From: Candidatus Nanohaloarchaea archaeon
GTDB lineage: Archaea; Nanohalarchaeota; Nanosalinia; Nanosalinales; Nanosalinaceae
Reading direction: 5' to 3'
Assembly: GCA_013343275.1 (NCBI GenBank)
Contig: CP046106.1
Location: 128,001 to 192,000 of the forward strand
Length of the DNA: 64,000 nt
Shown here piece by piece: positions 1 to 8,752 of this stretch. The notes below the pieces were generated by a model that was not told where the DNA came from, ran no database searches, and was given only the letters and a program-made list of their open reading frames with translations. The stretch's first letter is position 1. The number at the start of each line of letters is the position of its first letter. The translations under genes were made by a program, and so were the position numbers.

Positions 1-391
1 TTTCCTCTTTTATCTGCAAGGTATTAGAGGTTATCTCTTTTTCCTGCTTGGGTGTAACCTCTACATCTGCTAAGTCTACTCTGACTACTTTCCCTTTCAT
101 CTCTCCATGGTTTACTGCCTTGAATGGTAGAGCGTATTTTCCTGGATAATCTTTCTCCCAGTTAGGTTTGCCTTCAGATCTTATCTTTAGCTCATCTCCT
201 GGTTGAATCTCTATATCTGATGATGGTTTCTTGAAGTGGTTGAGGTATAGAGATGCAGATACTATTCCAAAAGTCAAGATTGAGAGGAGGGAGCTATAGT
301 TCTCCCAGACTCCAGGGAGGAAAATATTAACTAGAATTAGTAAAACTACTAAACATCCAATTCCTCCAAGAATTATCCTGTCTGAGTCCAT
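1..391 (-). CDS. Membrane-anchored hypothetical protein (runs off the left edge)
   Basis: ATG at 391; translates MDSDRIILGGIGCLVVLLILVNIFLPG... with two hydrophobic segments and stays open to position 1; not in ORF track. Confidence 0.7.
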   Translation of the reverse strand, partial: MDSDRIILGGIGCLVVLLILVNIFLPGVWENYSSLLSILTFGIVSASLYLNHFKKPSSDIEIQPGDELKIRSEGKPNWEKDYPGKYALPFKAVNHGEMKGKVVRVDLADVEVTPKQEKEITSNTLQIKEE

Positions 392-525
392 GGGCGTAAT
401 TTTGGAGACAAGACTTTACCTTCTTTGGGTAGGGGTTGGAGGCCAGATAGGTGCATAAACAAGATCAAGGAATGAATTATAGTAGGAATAAAGGGTAGGA
501 AATACTTAGTTCTCTCATTCAAGGA

Positions 526-846
526 TTAGGCCTTGATTTTAGTCCACTGGTTTCTTGGATTCTTATGCTCTGAGTCAATGCCTTCTATATACTGAGTTAG
601 CTTGCCTTTTTCTCTCCTGAAACTATCCTGCTCTATCTCACCAAACCAGACCTGCCTATAACCTCTCTGACCTTTCTTTACAATCATCAAATTATACTTG
701 CCAGTTCCAAAACGATCTCTCACTTTCTTAACCAGTTCAGATTCCCTCTTTATCCTACTATCATCTATCCTGATAGTATCTATGTTCTTGAACTGCTTAG
801 GACTTAGCTCTTTAGCCACTATCAGTTTAGCATTGTTATCTGCCAT
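526..846 (-). CDS. Hypothetical basic protein of the element
   Basis: 106 aa ORF with GAAGGTG SD-like sequence before the ATG; co-oriented with the element operon. Confidence 0.7.
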   Translation of the reverse strand: MADNNAKLIVAKELSPKQFKNIDTIRIDDSRIKRESELVKKVRDRFGTGKYNLMIVKKGQRGYRQVWFGEIEQDSFRREKGKLTQYIEGIDSEHKNPRNQWTKIKA

Positions 847-1020
847 GATGACACCTTCTCAAATTATATTTTCTTTTTTGATTTGGAGATCTCTGGCTTC
901 CAGGTCTTCTCATGTGCGTGCGTATGCGTGGATAACCAGGATTTTTCTTTGGCTGATTCAGTGCTGATGATGTTGAGGGTTTCTCCAGGAAGGGCCTCCA
1001 GGAGGAGAGGGCTGTTGATG

Positions 1021-2499
1021 TCATACAGATAGCTCATAGAAAACTTCTCTTCCTTCTCTGGTTTTCTCTATCAATCCTTCTTCTCTCCAGTCTGACAGGT
1101 GATTTCTGGCCATTGTCTCTCCTATATCCATTACTTGCTCCACTTTCTTTCTCTTGAACTTTTGCTCCTTGACAAGCTCTCCTGGAATGCTCACATAGTC
1201 ATTGGAGTTCTCTCCATCGCTCTCTTGCTCCTTGATCTTCTCCTCTACTCTCTCATTATGCTCTTCTACACTCTCCTGGATCTCTTCTCTTACCTGTTTA
1301 ACTTCATTATCCCAGTTCCTGAGTTCTCCATCAAGTTTCAACCATTCCTGTCTAAAGTTCTCTCCAGGTTCTCTATGCCTGGCTCTTGTAGGATAACTCT
1401 TGAAGTCTTTAATCAATGTCTCTGGAGTCCAGAGATAGAAATAATGATCTTCAAGGCCTTTGATCCTCTCCTTATCCTGTTTGGAAAACTCTTCTTTAGT
1501 TCTCTCATCAAGAACTGTCTGGATTCCTTTAGCAGTATTCAACCTGCCAGTAAACAGGTAGTTTAACTGACTTCTAGCTATATCTGAAAGCTCCTCAGGG
1601 TTCTGAGTATCAATGAAAACACTTACTCCCATCTGCCTGCTTTCCTTCAAGAACTCCTCTATAATCTCTCTAAAGGCCTCTGAACTACCTCCATTACCAT
1701 TATCATCTTTCAACAGTTTATGACCTTCTCTAATGAAGATAACAAGGTAAGGCTCTATATCCCCCTGTTTCAATAGTTCCAAGATTCTCTGCAAGATATG
1801 GACTACAGTGAACTTAGTGATTTTATCTGACTGAACTTGAGCAGTCTCCAATATCATTCTCCTGTCCTCACTGTTCAACTCCTTAAACAAGTTGAGTGAG
1901 AGAGGACTGTTTTCACTGGTTACAAGCCTGTGATCTGCAAGCTCTATCAGTGAGTGCTGTATAGGTCTCTTACCTCTCTTAGTTGGAGAACTGATCTTGA
2001 TCCCTGAACTACTTTCTATATAGTCCTGATCTGGTAGCTCCTCAGAGAGCTTCAATAGATCTGCAACATTAGGACTATCCATCTCCTGAATATCGTTTAT
2101 CATGGCGTTAAACAAGGCCTCATGGCTTTGTGATACATCTCCAAGAAGTGCTTTCAAGGAGTCCTCTGAGAGAGTCTTGATAGGTATAGTGAATGGTTGA
2201 ACTGGCTCTGGTTGAGTAAGATTCAAATCAGGTGTAAGTGGTTTGTAGATCTTTCCAGGAAAGGCCTTAGGCTCAGGGTTCTCAGGGTCCTGCCATACCT
2301 CATAGTTTGATCCTTCAGGTAGAACTGAGAATGAGCCTTCTATCTTTGATGAGAATATATCTACTACTTTGACATTCTCCTTTTCCTGGAATACTTCCAT
2401 AGCTCTCTCCAGGATCATTGATTTACCAGTTCCACTTTGTCCTGTTACTCCTGCTCTAACAGGTTTCTTACTGGGATGTGGGAATCTGACCTGTTTCAT
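1021..2499 (-). CDS. HerA/FtsK/VirB4-like P-loop ATPase with C-terminal winged HTH
   Basis: Walker A GQSGTGKS; Walker B-like IFIREGH; KESRQMGVSVFIDTQNP motif typical of HerA/FtsK; C-terminal ...RNHLSDWREEGLIEKTREGREVFY wHTH. Confidence 0.8.
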   Translation of the reverse strand: MKQVRFPHPSKKPVRAGVTGQSGTGKSMILERAMEVFQEKENVKVVDIFSSKIEGSFSVLPEGSNYEVWQDPENPEPKAFPGKIYKPLTPDLNLTQPEPVQPFTIPIKTLSEDSLKALLGDVSQSHEALFNAMINDIQEMDSPNVADLLKLSEELPDQDYIESSSGIKISSPTKRGKRPIQHSLIELADHRLVTSENSPLSLNLFKELNSEDRRMILETAQVQSDKITKFTVVHILQRILELLKQGDIEPYLVIFIREGHKLLKDDNGNGGSSEAFREIIEEFLKESRQMGVSVFIDTQNPEELSDIARSQLNYLFTGRLNTAKGIQTVLDERTKEEFSKQDKERIKGLEDHYFYLWTPETLIKDFKSYPTRARHREPGENFRQEWLKLDGELRNWDNEVKQVREEIQESVEEHNERVEEKIKEQESDGENSNDYVSIPGELVKEQKFKRKKVEQVMDIGETMARNHLSDWREEGLIEKTREGREVFYELSV

Positions 2500-3074
2500 A
2501 GCTCATCTCCTCCATAGATAAGTTCTTCCATAGTTTGAACTCTATCCTGAACATAATCACTGGTTATCTGGTTCTCTGAGGTTGCCTCTCCTATTGCATC
2601 TACCTTGCCTTCTGAACTGGAGAACTCTTCTGTAGATATGAAACCTAGATCAGAGAAGGCCTCTTTAACAGATTTCTCTACTTCTTGCTCCCATTCTCTT
2701 ATAGGCTCTTCTAACTTCTCTGCTCTCTCCTTTTTCCCTTCATCTTTCTTATTATACTTCTTAACCTGTTCCTTCAACTCCTCAGCCTTAGAATAGTGCT
2801 TTTTAGCCTCTTTACCATTCTCTACTAGGTAATGGCCTAATTCTGTTACTTCATCAGGCTCTATATCAAAGAAATCAGCTAAAACCTGCTTATTTTCATT
2901 GTATATCTCCTTAATTATCTCAAAGTCATCCATTTTCCTGTAGTCATGCCTTCTACTGCTCTCCTCACAGAACTCCATTAATACCAGTCTAAGCCTCTGA
3001 TCTCTGAAAGAGAACCTATAGCAACTGTAACTTAGCCTGGAGTAACTGCCTGGTTGATATTTCTGTATTCTCAT
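2496..3074 (-). CDS. Hypothetical protein
   Basis: 192 aa ORF with ATGA overlaps to both neighbours. Confidence 0.7.
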   Translation of the reverse strand: MRIQKYQPGSYSRLSYSCYRFSFRDQRLRLVLMEFCEESSRRHDYRKMDDFEIIKEIYNENKQVLADFFDIEPDEVTELGHYLVENGKEAKKHYSKAEELKEQVKKYNKKDEGKKERAEKLEEPIREWEQEVEKSVKEAFSDLGFISTEEFSSSEGKVDAIGEATSENQITSDYVQDRVQTMEELIYGGDEL

Positions 3075-3424
3075 AGCTCCACCTCCCCAACCTCTCTATG
3101 CAGGGTTTCCAAGATTATCTCATACTGCTCTTGCAGTGAATTAGCCTCTAAAACAAACTCTGCAGGCTCTCCAGTGTAAAGAGAAACCAGGTATTTGAGT
3201 TCTATCTTACTGATCTCCTGCAGGCCTGTAGATTTGAGGACTTCACTGAGTGAGTCATGCTCCTCTATCAAGGACTCTATCCTTTGAAAAGTAGAGGTAG
3301 GGAGTTCCCTCCTTAATTTCTCCAGTCCTGGTTCCTCAGTAATCTTATCTCTGTATTTCTCTAGGAGGCTATCCTGGACATAATTTCCATCATGGAACTC
3401 CTCAGTCATACCTTCTTTCCCCAT
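3071..3424 (-). CDS. Hypothetical protein
   Basis: 117 aa acidic ORF, coupled in the operon, GGTGAG SD. Confidence 0.7.
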   Translation of the reverse strand: MGKEGMTEEFHDGNYVQDSLLEKYRDKITEEPGLEKLRRELPTSTFQRIESLIEEHDSLSEVLKSTGLQEISKIELKYLVSLYTGEPAEFVLEANSLQEQYEIILETLHREVGEVEL

Positions 3425-3426
3425 TT

Positions 3427-3699
3427 TTACTCACCTTGGAGGTGTTTCTGCCCCTCAATCATCTTCTGGACAATCCTTCTCCATTCCTCTCTACCTAGTG
3501 AGTTAGAAGTGCCTCCAGGTTGCATGTCTTGGGCTATACTGAGTGCTAATTCTTTGAGCTGTCCTGCATCTAAATCTCTTATCTCAGAGTGTTTTAGGTT
3601 CCTGAACTCTCTGCCCTCAGTAAGGTCTCTAAGCTCTTGGATTTTGTTTTCTGAGATTTTGAAGTCTTCTGGAAAGTTTGTTGTGTTGTCGTCTTTCAT
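3427..3699 (-). CDS. Hypothetical protein
   Basis: 90 aa ORF with AGGTGA SD upstream. Confidence 0.65.
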   Translation of the reverse strand: MKDDNTTNFPEDFKISENKIQELRDLTEGREFRNLKHSEIRDLDAGQLKELALSIAQDMQPGGTSNSLGREEWRRIVQKMIEGQKHLQGE

Positions 3700-3859
3700 T
3701 GTGGTTCACCTTTTTGGTTAAATCTGGAAATGTAGATCCTGGCAGGAGGGATTTTAGCCCCCTGCTCAGGAGAGGGAGCCATGGCTCTTACTTGGAAATG
3801 GCTCAGACCTGCCTTGCGACAGGTAAAAAGTCTAGATAGCCAGTTAGACTGCTCTAGAC

Positions 3860-4156
3860 TCATCTTTCTGGAATATTGATCTTGTTGAGGACTATCTCCC
3901 CTTTCTCAGTGGTTTTGTAGAAAGTCCTACCATCTGCCTCACCTGTTTCCTTAACTAGGCCTTTTTCCTGCAGTTTCTCTACATGGTATTCTATGGTCTG
4001 ATGGGCCTTTCTGAGGTCTTTTGCAATGCTTGAGATGTAATCCTGATTCTCCAAGTGAGCTAATACTTTCCTGGTAGTTCTGCCTCCTACTTCTCTCACC
4101 AATGCATCAAAGTTGGTTTCCTCAGTGTTTCCAGAGTCTTTACCTATACTACTCAT
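3860..4156 (-). CDS. ArsR/MarR-like winged-helix regulator
   Basis: ISSIAKDLRKAHQTIEYHVEKLQEKGLV...FYKTTEKG wHTH pattern; start moved to ATG 4156 after GGGGTGAG. Confidence 0.8.
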   Translation of the reverse strand: MSSIGKDSGNTEETNFDALVREVGGRTTRKVLAHLENQDYISSIAKDLRKAHQTIEYHVEKLQEKGLVKETGEADGRTFYKTTEKGEIVLNKINIPER

Positions 4157-4250
4157 GGAACTCACCCCAATTCTCAACTCTATCTACTGATTTTCTCACT
4201 TGATTCTGAACTGTATCTGAGTGGTTGAATGACTCCATAATCTTGATCAC

Positions 4251-6515
4251 CTAGACTTTTGCAACCTTTCCAGGTTCAGGCTCAAAGAACTCGCCCTCAC
4301 TTTTCAGAGATTTTAAGGCCTCCTCTATCTTCTCTTCATCTGCATCCAGAGACTCTATAACTTCTTGCTCATCTTTCTGGCTATCTCCAACTTTCTCCCT
4401 AACTAGCTCCATTACTCCTTTCTTAACCTGAACTGAATCAGTGTTATCAGAGCTTTCAGAACTATCCAAGCCTTGAATCTGTTCTACTGTTATAGGCTCT
4501 CCTTCTCTGAAATCCATAGAACATCTGCATTTAGTGAAAAGCTCTATAGCCCTCTGAGCATCAATCTTCTGGGCTTTATCATCCAGTCTAGACTTTGCAA
4601 ACATCAAAGTGAGCTGGATGAGGTTCCTGATCATTCTTGGGCTTTCAGACTTAACCTCTGCCTTAATGTTGTTAGCCTCAGCATCTGCTAGATTTCCTTT
4701 GATGAATTTGTTGATCAGGTTTCCTGCATCCTCAGTTAATACTGGCTCTTTCTCCTTTGCTAGGCCTCTGTAAATGACCTGAGTCTGCTTATCCATTCCT
4801 TCATCTCTCTCACTGCCTCCTGTTTCCTGGTATCCCTGAATCATCTCATTTGCTATCTCAGAGAGATTCTGTTGCCTGATTCCATAGATCAAAGAGAATC
4901 TATCCTTGAAACCTTGAACCATCTCAGGCAGGTAACTATGTAGTTCCTCATACTGCCCTGTTTCAAAGTCTAGTTTCTCAGTAAAGTTACCAGTAGCTAT
5001 TATAGTGGCTCTACCATTCAGTTCAACATTCTGTGAGGCCTTATCAATAGGAAATTTACCTCTCTCCATAGCAGTGTTAAGCCTGCCTAGTTGCTCACTT
5101 CCTATCTTATCCATCTCATCTACTGAAAGAACTCCTTGATCTGCATAGACTAGCTTTCCTGCTCTGATCTCATAGCCTCCATTATCTAGGTTCTCAACTG
5201 TGGCAGTAAGGCCTACTCCTGTAGAGTTATTATCTGCATAGTATGTGTTTGAGAAAGTCTCCTGGATGTATTCCTGCAGATCTGATTTAGCTAACCCTGG
5301 ATTAGCAACTATCAGGGAATGGATTCTGTCATCATCTCCTCTAGATTCATTCTCTACTCCTCCTATCAGGCTTGCACCCATCACCTCTTTCAAGGTCTGA
5401 GCATCCACAATGTGAGGAGCAAGGCCTAGAGCAAACTCTTTGAAGGCATATGTATCAGGACTATTATTCCAGACCTTAACCTTCTCTTTTACCTCTTCTA
5501 TATCCTCTTGAGAAACTTCCTGCATCTGATCCTTTCTATCCAACCTCTTGAAACTCATTACATCTAGAACAGGATCTAACTCTGTCTGATCATTCTGTCT
5601 AGGAACTCCTCTGATAACTCCTGAAACTCTTACTTTCCTACCTGGAGTAAAGGCCTGCTTAGTATCCTCACTGATATTCTCCTTCTTGATAAAGGCCTCT
5701 AAAGGCTTATTTTCTACAGTCTGAGTTGAAAGAGTAATCTCCTTAACATCCTGAAAGTTTCTATCAACAAGGTCAAATTTCCTGCTACCACATTGACACT
5801 TGTAAGGAGATTTCAGCTTATCTCCATCCTGCTCCTTCTCATACAGGTCTCCACACTTAGAACATTCAAACTCTGCAGAAACTACTTTGGTATAGGAATC
5901 TTTCTCTCCCTCTACCATGGCCTCAATCGTTACAAACTCTCCAATATTCCTGTTATCTCTGGCCTCAGAGATCGTTTTCTCATAGTAATCAACATCTACA
6001 TCAAGCTCCAAGGTAAGACCAGGCAGGTTATCTGATAGATCCTTCTCTATCTCATCCAGAAGATCTATGAACTCATCAGTATTTTCCTCTGCCCAGTCCA
6101 AGATCTCAAACCTTATGCTCTCCAATTCACTCAGGCTTAACTCATAGACTCCATCATCTAATAAGGCCTGAGAAACCTTTTCTCTACCTTCTAAGGATAA
6201 ATAGTTCTTGATATCGCTCCTGATGTCCTTGTAACCTTCAGGTTTGCTGACCTCTTGCTCATCAGGGTTGAGAAGAGTTTCTGCAACATTCTCTCCTCTC
6301 TCATTAATCTCATAGTGGCCTCTCTCAGGTTTGTCCAGGAGGTTTCTCTCATCCTTACTTTCCAGTTTTCTCACTATCTTTGAGAAAGCAGGCTTAGATC
6401 CCTCATAGTTATGATCCTCTCTGAACTTCTCATAAAGATCTGATAAACTTGCAGGAGAGCCTATCTCATCCTGTTTTTCGTAAAACCAGGTAAGGAATTG
6501 GTCCTGTCTGTTCAT
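4251..6515 (-). CDS. mcm: MCM-family replicative helicase with extra N-terminal wHTH (element-encoded)
   Basis: Zn finger CSKCG...CQCG, Walker A NPGLAKS, Walker B SVDEMDK, DRF arginine finger, SPR sensor-2, C-terminal wHTH; GGAGG SD before ATG 6515. Confidence 0.92.
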   Translation of the reverse strand: MNRQDQFLTWFYEKQDEIGSPASLSDLYEKFREDHNYEGSKPAFSKIVRKLESKDERNLLDKPERGHYEINERGENVAETLLNPDEQEVSKPEGYKDIRSDIKNYLSLEGREKVSQALLDDGVYELSLSELESIRFEILDWAEENTDEFIDLLDEIEKDLSDNLPGLTLELDVDVDYYEKTISEARDNRNIGEFVTIEAMVEGEKDSYTKVVSAEFECSKCGDLYEKEQDGDKLKSPYKCQCGSRKFDLVDRNFQDVKEITLSTQTVENKPLEAFIKKENISEDTKQAFTPGRKVRVSGVIRGVPRQNDQTELDPVLDVMSFKRLDRKDQMQEVSQEDIEEVKEKVKVWNNSPDTYAFKEFALGLAPHIVDAQTLKEVMGASLIGGVENESRGDDDRIHSLIVANPGLAKSDLQEYIQETFSNTYYADNNSTGVGLTATVENLDNGGYEIRAGKLVYADQGVLSVDEMDKIGSEQLGRLNTAMERGKFPIDKASQNVELNGRATIIATGNFTEKLDFETGQYEELHSYLPEMVQGFKDRFSLIYGIRQQNLSEIANEMIQGYQETGGSERDEGMDKQTQVIYRGLAKEKEPVLTEDAGNLINKFIKGNLADAEANNIKAEVKSESPRMIRNLIQLTLMFAKSRLDDKAQKIDAQRAIELFTKCRCSMDFREGEPITVEQIQGLDSSESSDNTDSVQVKKGVMELVREKVGDSQKDEQEVIESLDADEEKIEEALKSLKSEGEFFEPEPGKVAKV

Positions 6516-6559
6516 TGTCCTCCAAACCTCCTCTGAGAGAAATGCCCATGGCCCCATGT

Positions 6560-6672
6560 GGTTAAGATGGTTAATTGGGTTAATTGAGGTAAATAAACCA
6601 TCTTGTTAGGCCTTGATAGTAGATTTTTCTGGGAATTAACCTCCTTTCTTAACCTAATTAACCTAATTAACC
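6560..6672. repeat. Inverted array of 9-bp iterons (candidate element origin)
   Basis: GGTTAAGAT-GGTTAATTG-GGTTAATTG at 6560-6586; inverted AATTAACC at 6634, then CTTAACCT-AATTAACCT-AATTAACC at 6648-6672. Confidence 0.75.
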
Positions 6673-6708
6673 ACCTACCCCCTAAGGTGTTTCTATATAG
6701 TATTTCTT

Positions 6709-7044
6709 TCATTGGATCAAATCACCATTACTTGGAATACGCTTTCTGTGGTTGACTGGAGCTTTTTGCAGGCCTACAGTTCTTCTGCAGTTAGGACAGG
6801 CCCAGTTCAAAAGGTCTTTCTGAGAATCTAGTTGATCTATCAGGTGTTCAGATGCAGGATCTTGGTTAAGGAATTGCTTGAGCTTCTTCTCAAAAACTGC
6901 TCTATGAAATACTGCCTCACATTCTGGGCATTGCAGTCTTCTAGGAGCTTCAAATCTGAACAGCTCCAGGACTCTTTCAGTTTTCTCACTGGACTTGAAC
7001 TCAAAGTTTGTTGGAGTCTCTACCATTGTCCTCATCAGAATCAC
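6709..7044 (-). CDS. Zinc-ribbon protein
   Basis: CPEC...CPNC. Confidence 0.7.
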   Translation of the reverse strand: MILMRTMVETPTNFEFKSSEKTERVLELFRFEAPRRLQCPECEAVFHRAVFEKKLKQFLNQDPASEHLIDQLDSQKDLLNWACPNCRRTVGLQKAPVNHRKRIPSNGDLIQ

Positions 7045-7274
7045 CTCTCCATCTCTGGAGCTGTCTGTTCTCCTGGTTTTGAGTTCATTAATTGTCTGAA
7101 GGCCATGTCAAGAAGATCTCTAACTACTTGGTTTCTGGATTTGTCTTCTGAGGTCTCTGCCAGATCTCTGATTATCTCATCTTGGTAGTTATCTATGTAG
7201 AAACCTACTTTGACTTTCTCTGATTCCTTATTCTGTAATGTAAAGCCTTTTTTAGGGTCTCTAAGCTGATACAT
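7041..7274 (-). CDS. Ribbon-helix-helix (CopG-like) protein
   Basis: VKVGFYID-NYQDEIIRDLAE-SRNQVVRDLL strand-helix-helix pattern. Confidence 0.7.
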   Translation of the reverse strand: MYQLRDPKKGFTLQNKESEKVKVGFYIDNYQDEIIRDLAETSEDKSRNQVVRDLLDMAFRQLMNSKPGEQTAPEMER

Positions 7275-7413
7275 TGTTAGAGCTTACCTCATTGCCAGGG
7301 CCACCAACCCTGGTATCTTCAGATTTTTCTTCTCTGACTTCCTGGAGCTTCTTCTCCAGGTGTCTTTCTAGCTCCTCTCTACTAGCGCCGTCGTTTTCAG
7401 ACTCTGTTCTCAT
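7261..7413 (-). CDS. Small hypothetical protein (50 aa), probable first gene of the leftward operon
   Basis: MRTESENDGASREELERHLEKKLQEVREKK...; below the ORF-track cutoff; overlaps the RHH start. Confidence 0.5.
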   Translation of the reverse strand: MRTESENDGASREELERHLEKKLQEVREEKSEDTRVGGPGNEVSSNNVSA

Positions 7414-7449
7414 ACTTAGTTCTTACAGCTAACATCATCTTATATTCGA

Positions 7450-7467
7450 ACTAACATAGATGTTAGT
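7450..7467. promoter_or_regulatory. Palindromic operator between divergent transcription units
   Basis: ACTAACAT-AG-ATGTTAGT; extra CTAACA half-sites near 7429 and 7523. Confidence 0.55.
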
Positions 7468-7538
7468 AAAATAGAACTTCTTTAGAGGGTTTTTTCCTGT
7501 GAGAAAGACTTAAAATAATAGACTAACAAAAACTTACT

Positions 7539-8732
7539 ATGGAAGATCTGAAAACTGAAAGCGATCTGATTCCTCTAGGCTCAGTTAAAGGAGACCAGGT
7601 GAAGTTCGAACTTGCCTACATCTATACTCTAGGATTAATGCAGGAAGAAATGAAGGATCCATATCAGGATCGAATAATTGAGGAAATGAAACCGCATTTA
7701 AGGAAAATATATGGGGAAGAATGGGTTGTTAACCAAAGTAAGCCTAAATTACGGCAGAAGATTAAAAGACTCGGAGGAGGCTCAGATCTTGTCGAAAAAA
7801 CGAGAGATGAAAGAAAAGTATATCATAAGCTTTCTACAAGGGGAAAAGAGTTCTACAAGAATATTAAGCCAATATTTTCCAGTTTTTCCTCAACAGACAT
7901 TGAAGAAGCGATAATTGACGAAATGGAGACATATATCCATGGTGATCATCACTCTGAATATTACGGGCATGGATATACCTTAGACGACTTCAAGGACTTG
8001 GTGGAAAGGGATTATGATGGAGAAAGAGATTTCGACAAACTTAAGGAAGATGTGGCAACCAGGCTTGGGGTAGGGCCATCTAGAGAAGTATTTGAAAACC
8101 AGTTCTATCAGGTTTTCTCTGATATGCGAGAACAAGCTGTTCCTCGAAAAATGGCTACTTTCCAATCTAGAAAAAACCTCATTATAGAGGCTTTTGAAGA
8201 GCAAAATTCCTCAAAAGAATTGCTTTCATTTGAAGAGATTGGAAATAAGACTGAAATTCTAGATTATCTGCCAAGAAAGGTTTTGAAAAGAGATGTAGAT
8301 AGGTTGCAAGGAGTAGAACCATCTTCAGATAGGATAAAGAAGGCTGTAAAGCAATATGGAAAAAAGGAAGATGAAATACATGTGGCTGATGTAAATGAAG
8401 TATTGAGGCTCTTTAACGACTATGAAAGAGCTGAAGAGATTTTAGAACAGGCAATAAGTAATGATGCTATTTATTTAGAGAGGGAAGGTTCAAAAATCAA
8501 GTGGAAATCTTACGAGTCTCGAAGAAAAGAGAAAGAGAGTAAAGAGGATAAAGAGAATAATGGATACTTAAATTCGCATTCCTACGGTGTCGAAGATTTA
8601 GGTTTCGCTAAAAAGCATCAACTCAAACCTGTTTTGAAAGAAAAGAAAGGTAAATACAAGCTGAGTGATATGGCTAAAGAGTTCCATAGGTCAAATGTTT
8701 ATCTTCCTAACAGGGATATAATCGGTCAATAA
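7539..8732 (+). CDS. Hypothetical protein with N-terminal wHTH-like domain
   Basis: 397 aa; ...DLVEKTRDERKVYHKLSTRGKEF wing motif; divergent from the replication operon. Confidence 0.7.
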   Translation: MEDLKTESDLIPLGSVKGDQVKFELAYIYTLGLMQEEMKDPYQDRIIEEMKPHLRKIYGEEWVVNQSKPKLRQKIKRLGGGSDLVEKTRDERKVYHKLSTRGKEFYKNIKPIFSSFSSTDIEEAIIDEMETYIHGDHHSEYYGHGYTLDDFKDLVERDYDGERDFDKLKEDVATRLGVGPSREVFENQFYQVFSDMREQAVPRKMATFQSRKNLIIEAFEEQNSSKELLSFEEIGNKTEILDYLPRKVLKRDVDRLQGVEPSSDRIKKAVKQYGKKEDEIHVADVNEVLRLFNDYERAEEILEQAISNDAIYLEREGSKIKWKSYESRRKEKESKEDKENNGYLNSHSYGVEDLGFAKKHQLKPVLKEKKGKYKLSDMAKEFHRSNVYLPNRDIIGQ

Positions 8733-8752
8733 GAGAAGCACTATTTCATATA

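Noticed and set aside
836-1024. 62-aa Arg/Pro-rich ORF
   Set aside because: Composition is unlike the acidic proteome and it has no motif; it overlaps both neighbours so it may be real, but it cannot be supported.
698-3721. Plus-strand ORFs opposite the element genes (698-967, 1099-1566, 1202-1396, 2605-2796, 3392-3721)
   Set aside because: Ser/Leu/Phe-rich antisense shadows of acidic genes; the many similar shadow ORFs elsewhere in the window were rejected for the same reason.
6512-6712. 66-aa ORF across the iteron array as a protein-coding feature
   Set aside because: Its LIRLIRL and LTQLT repeats are simply the translated DNA repeats; mentioned only as a possible coupling ORF.
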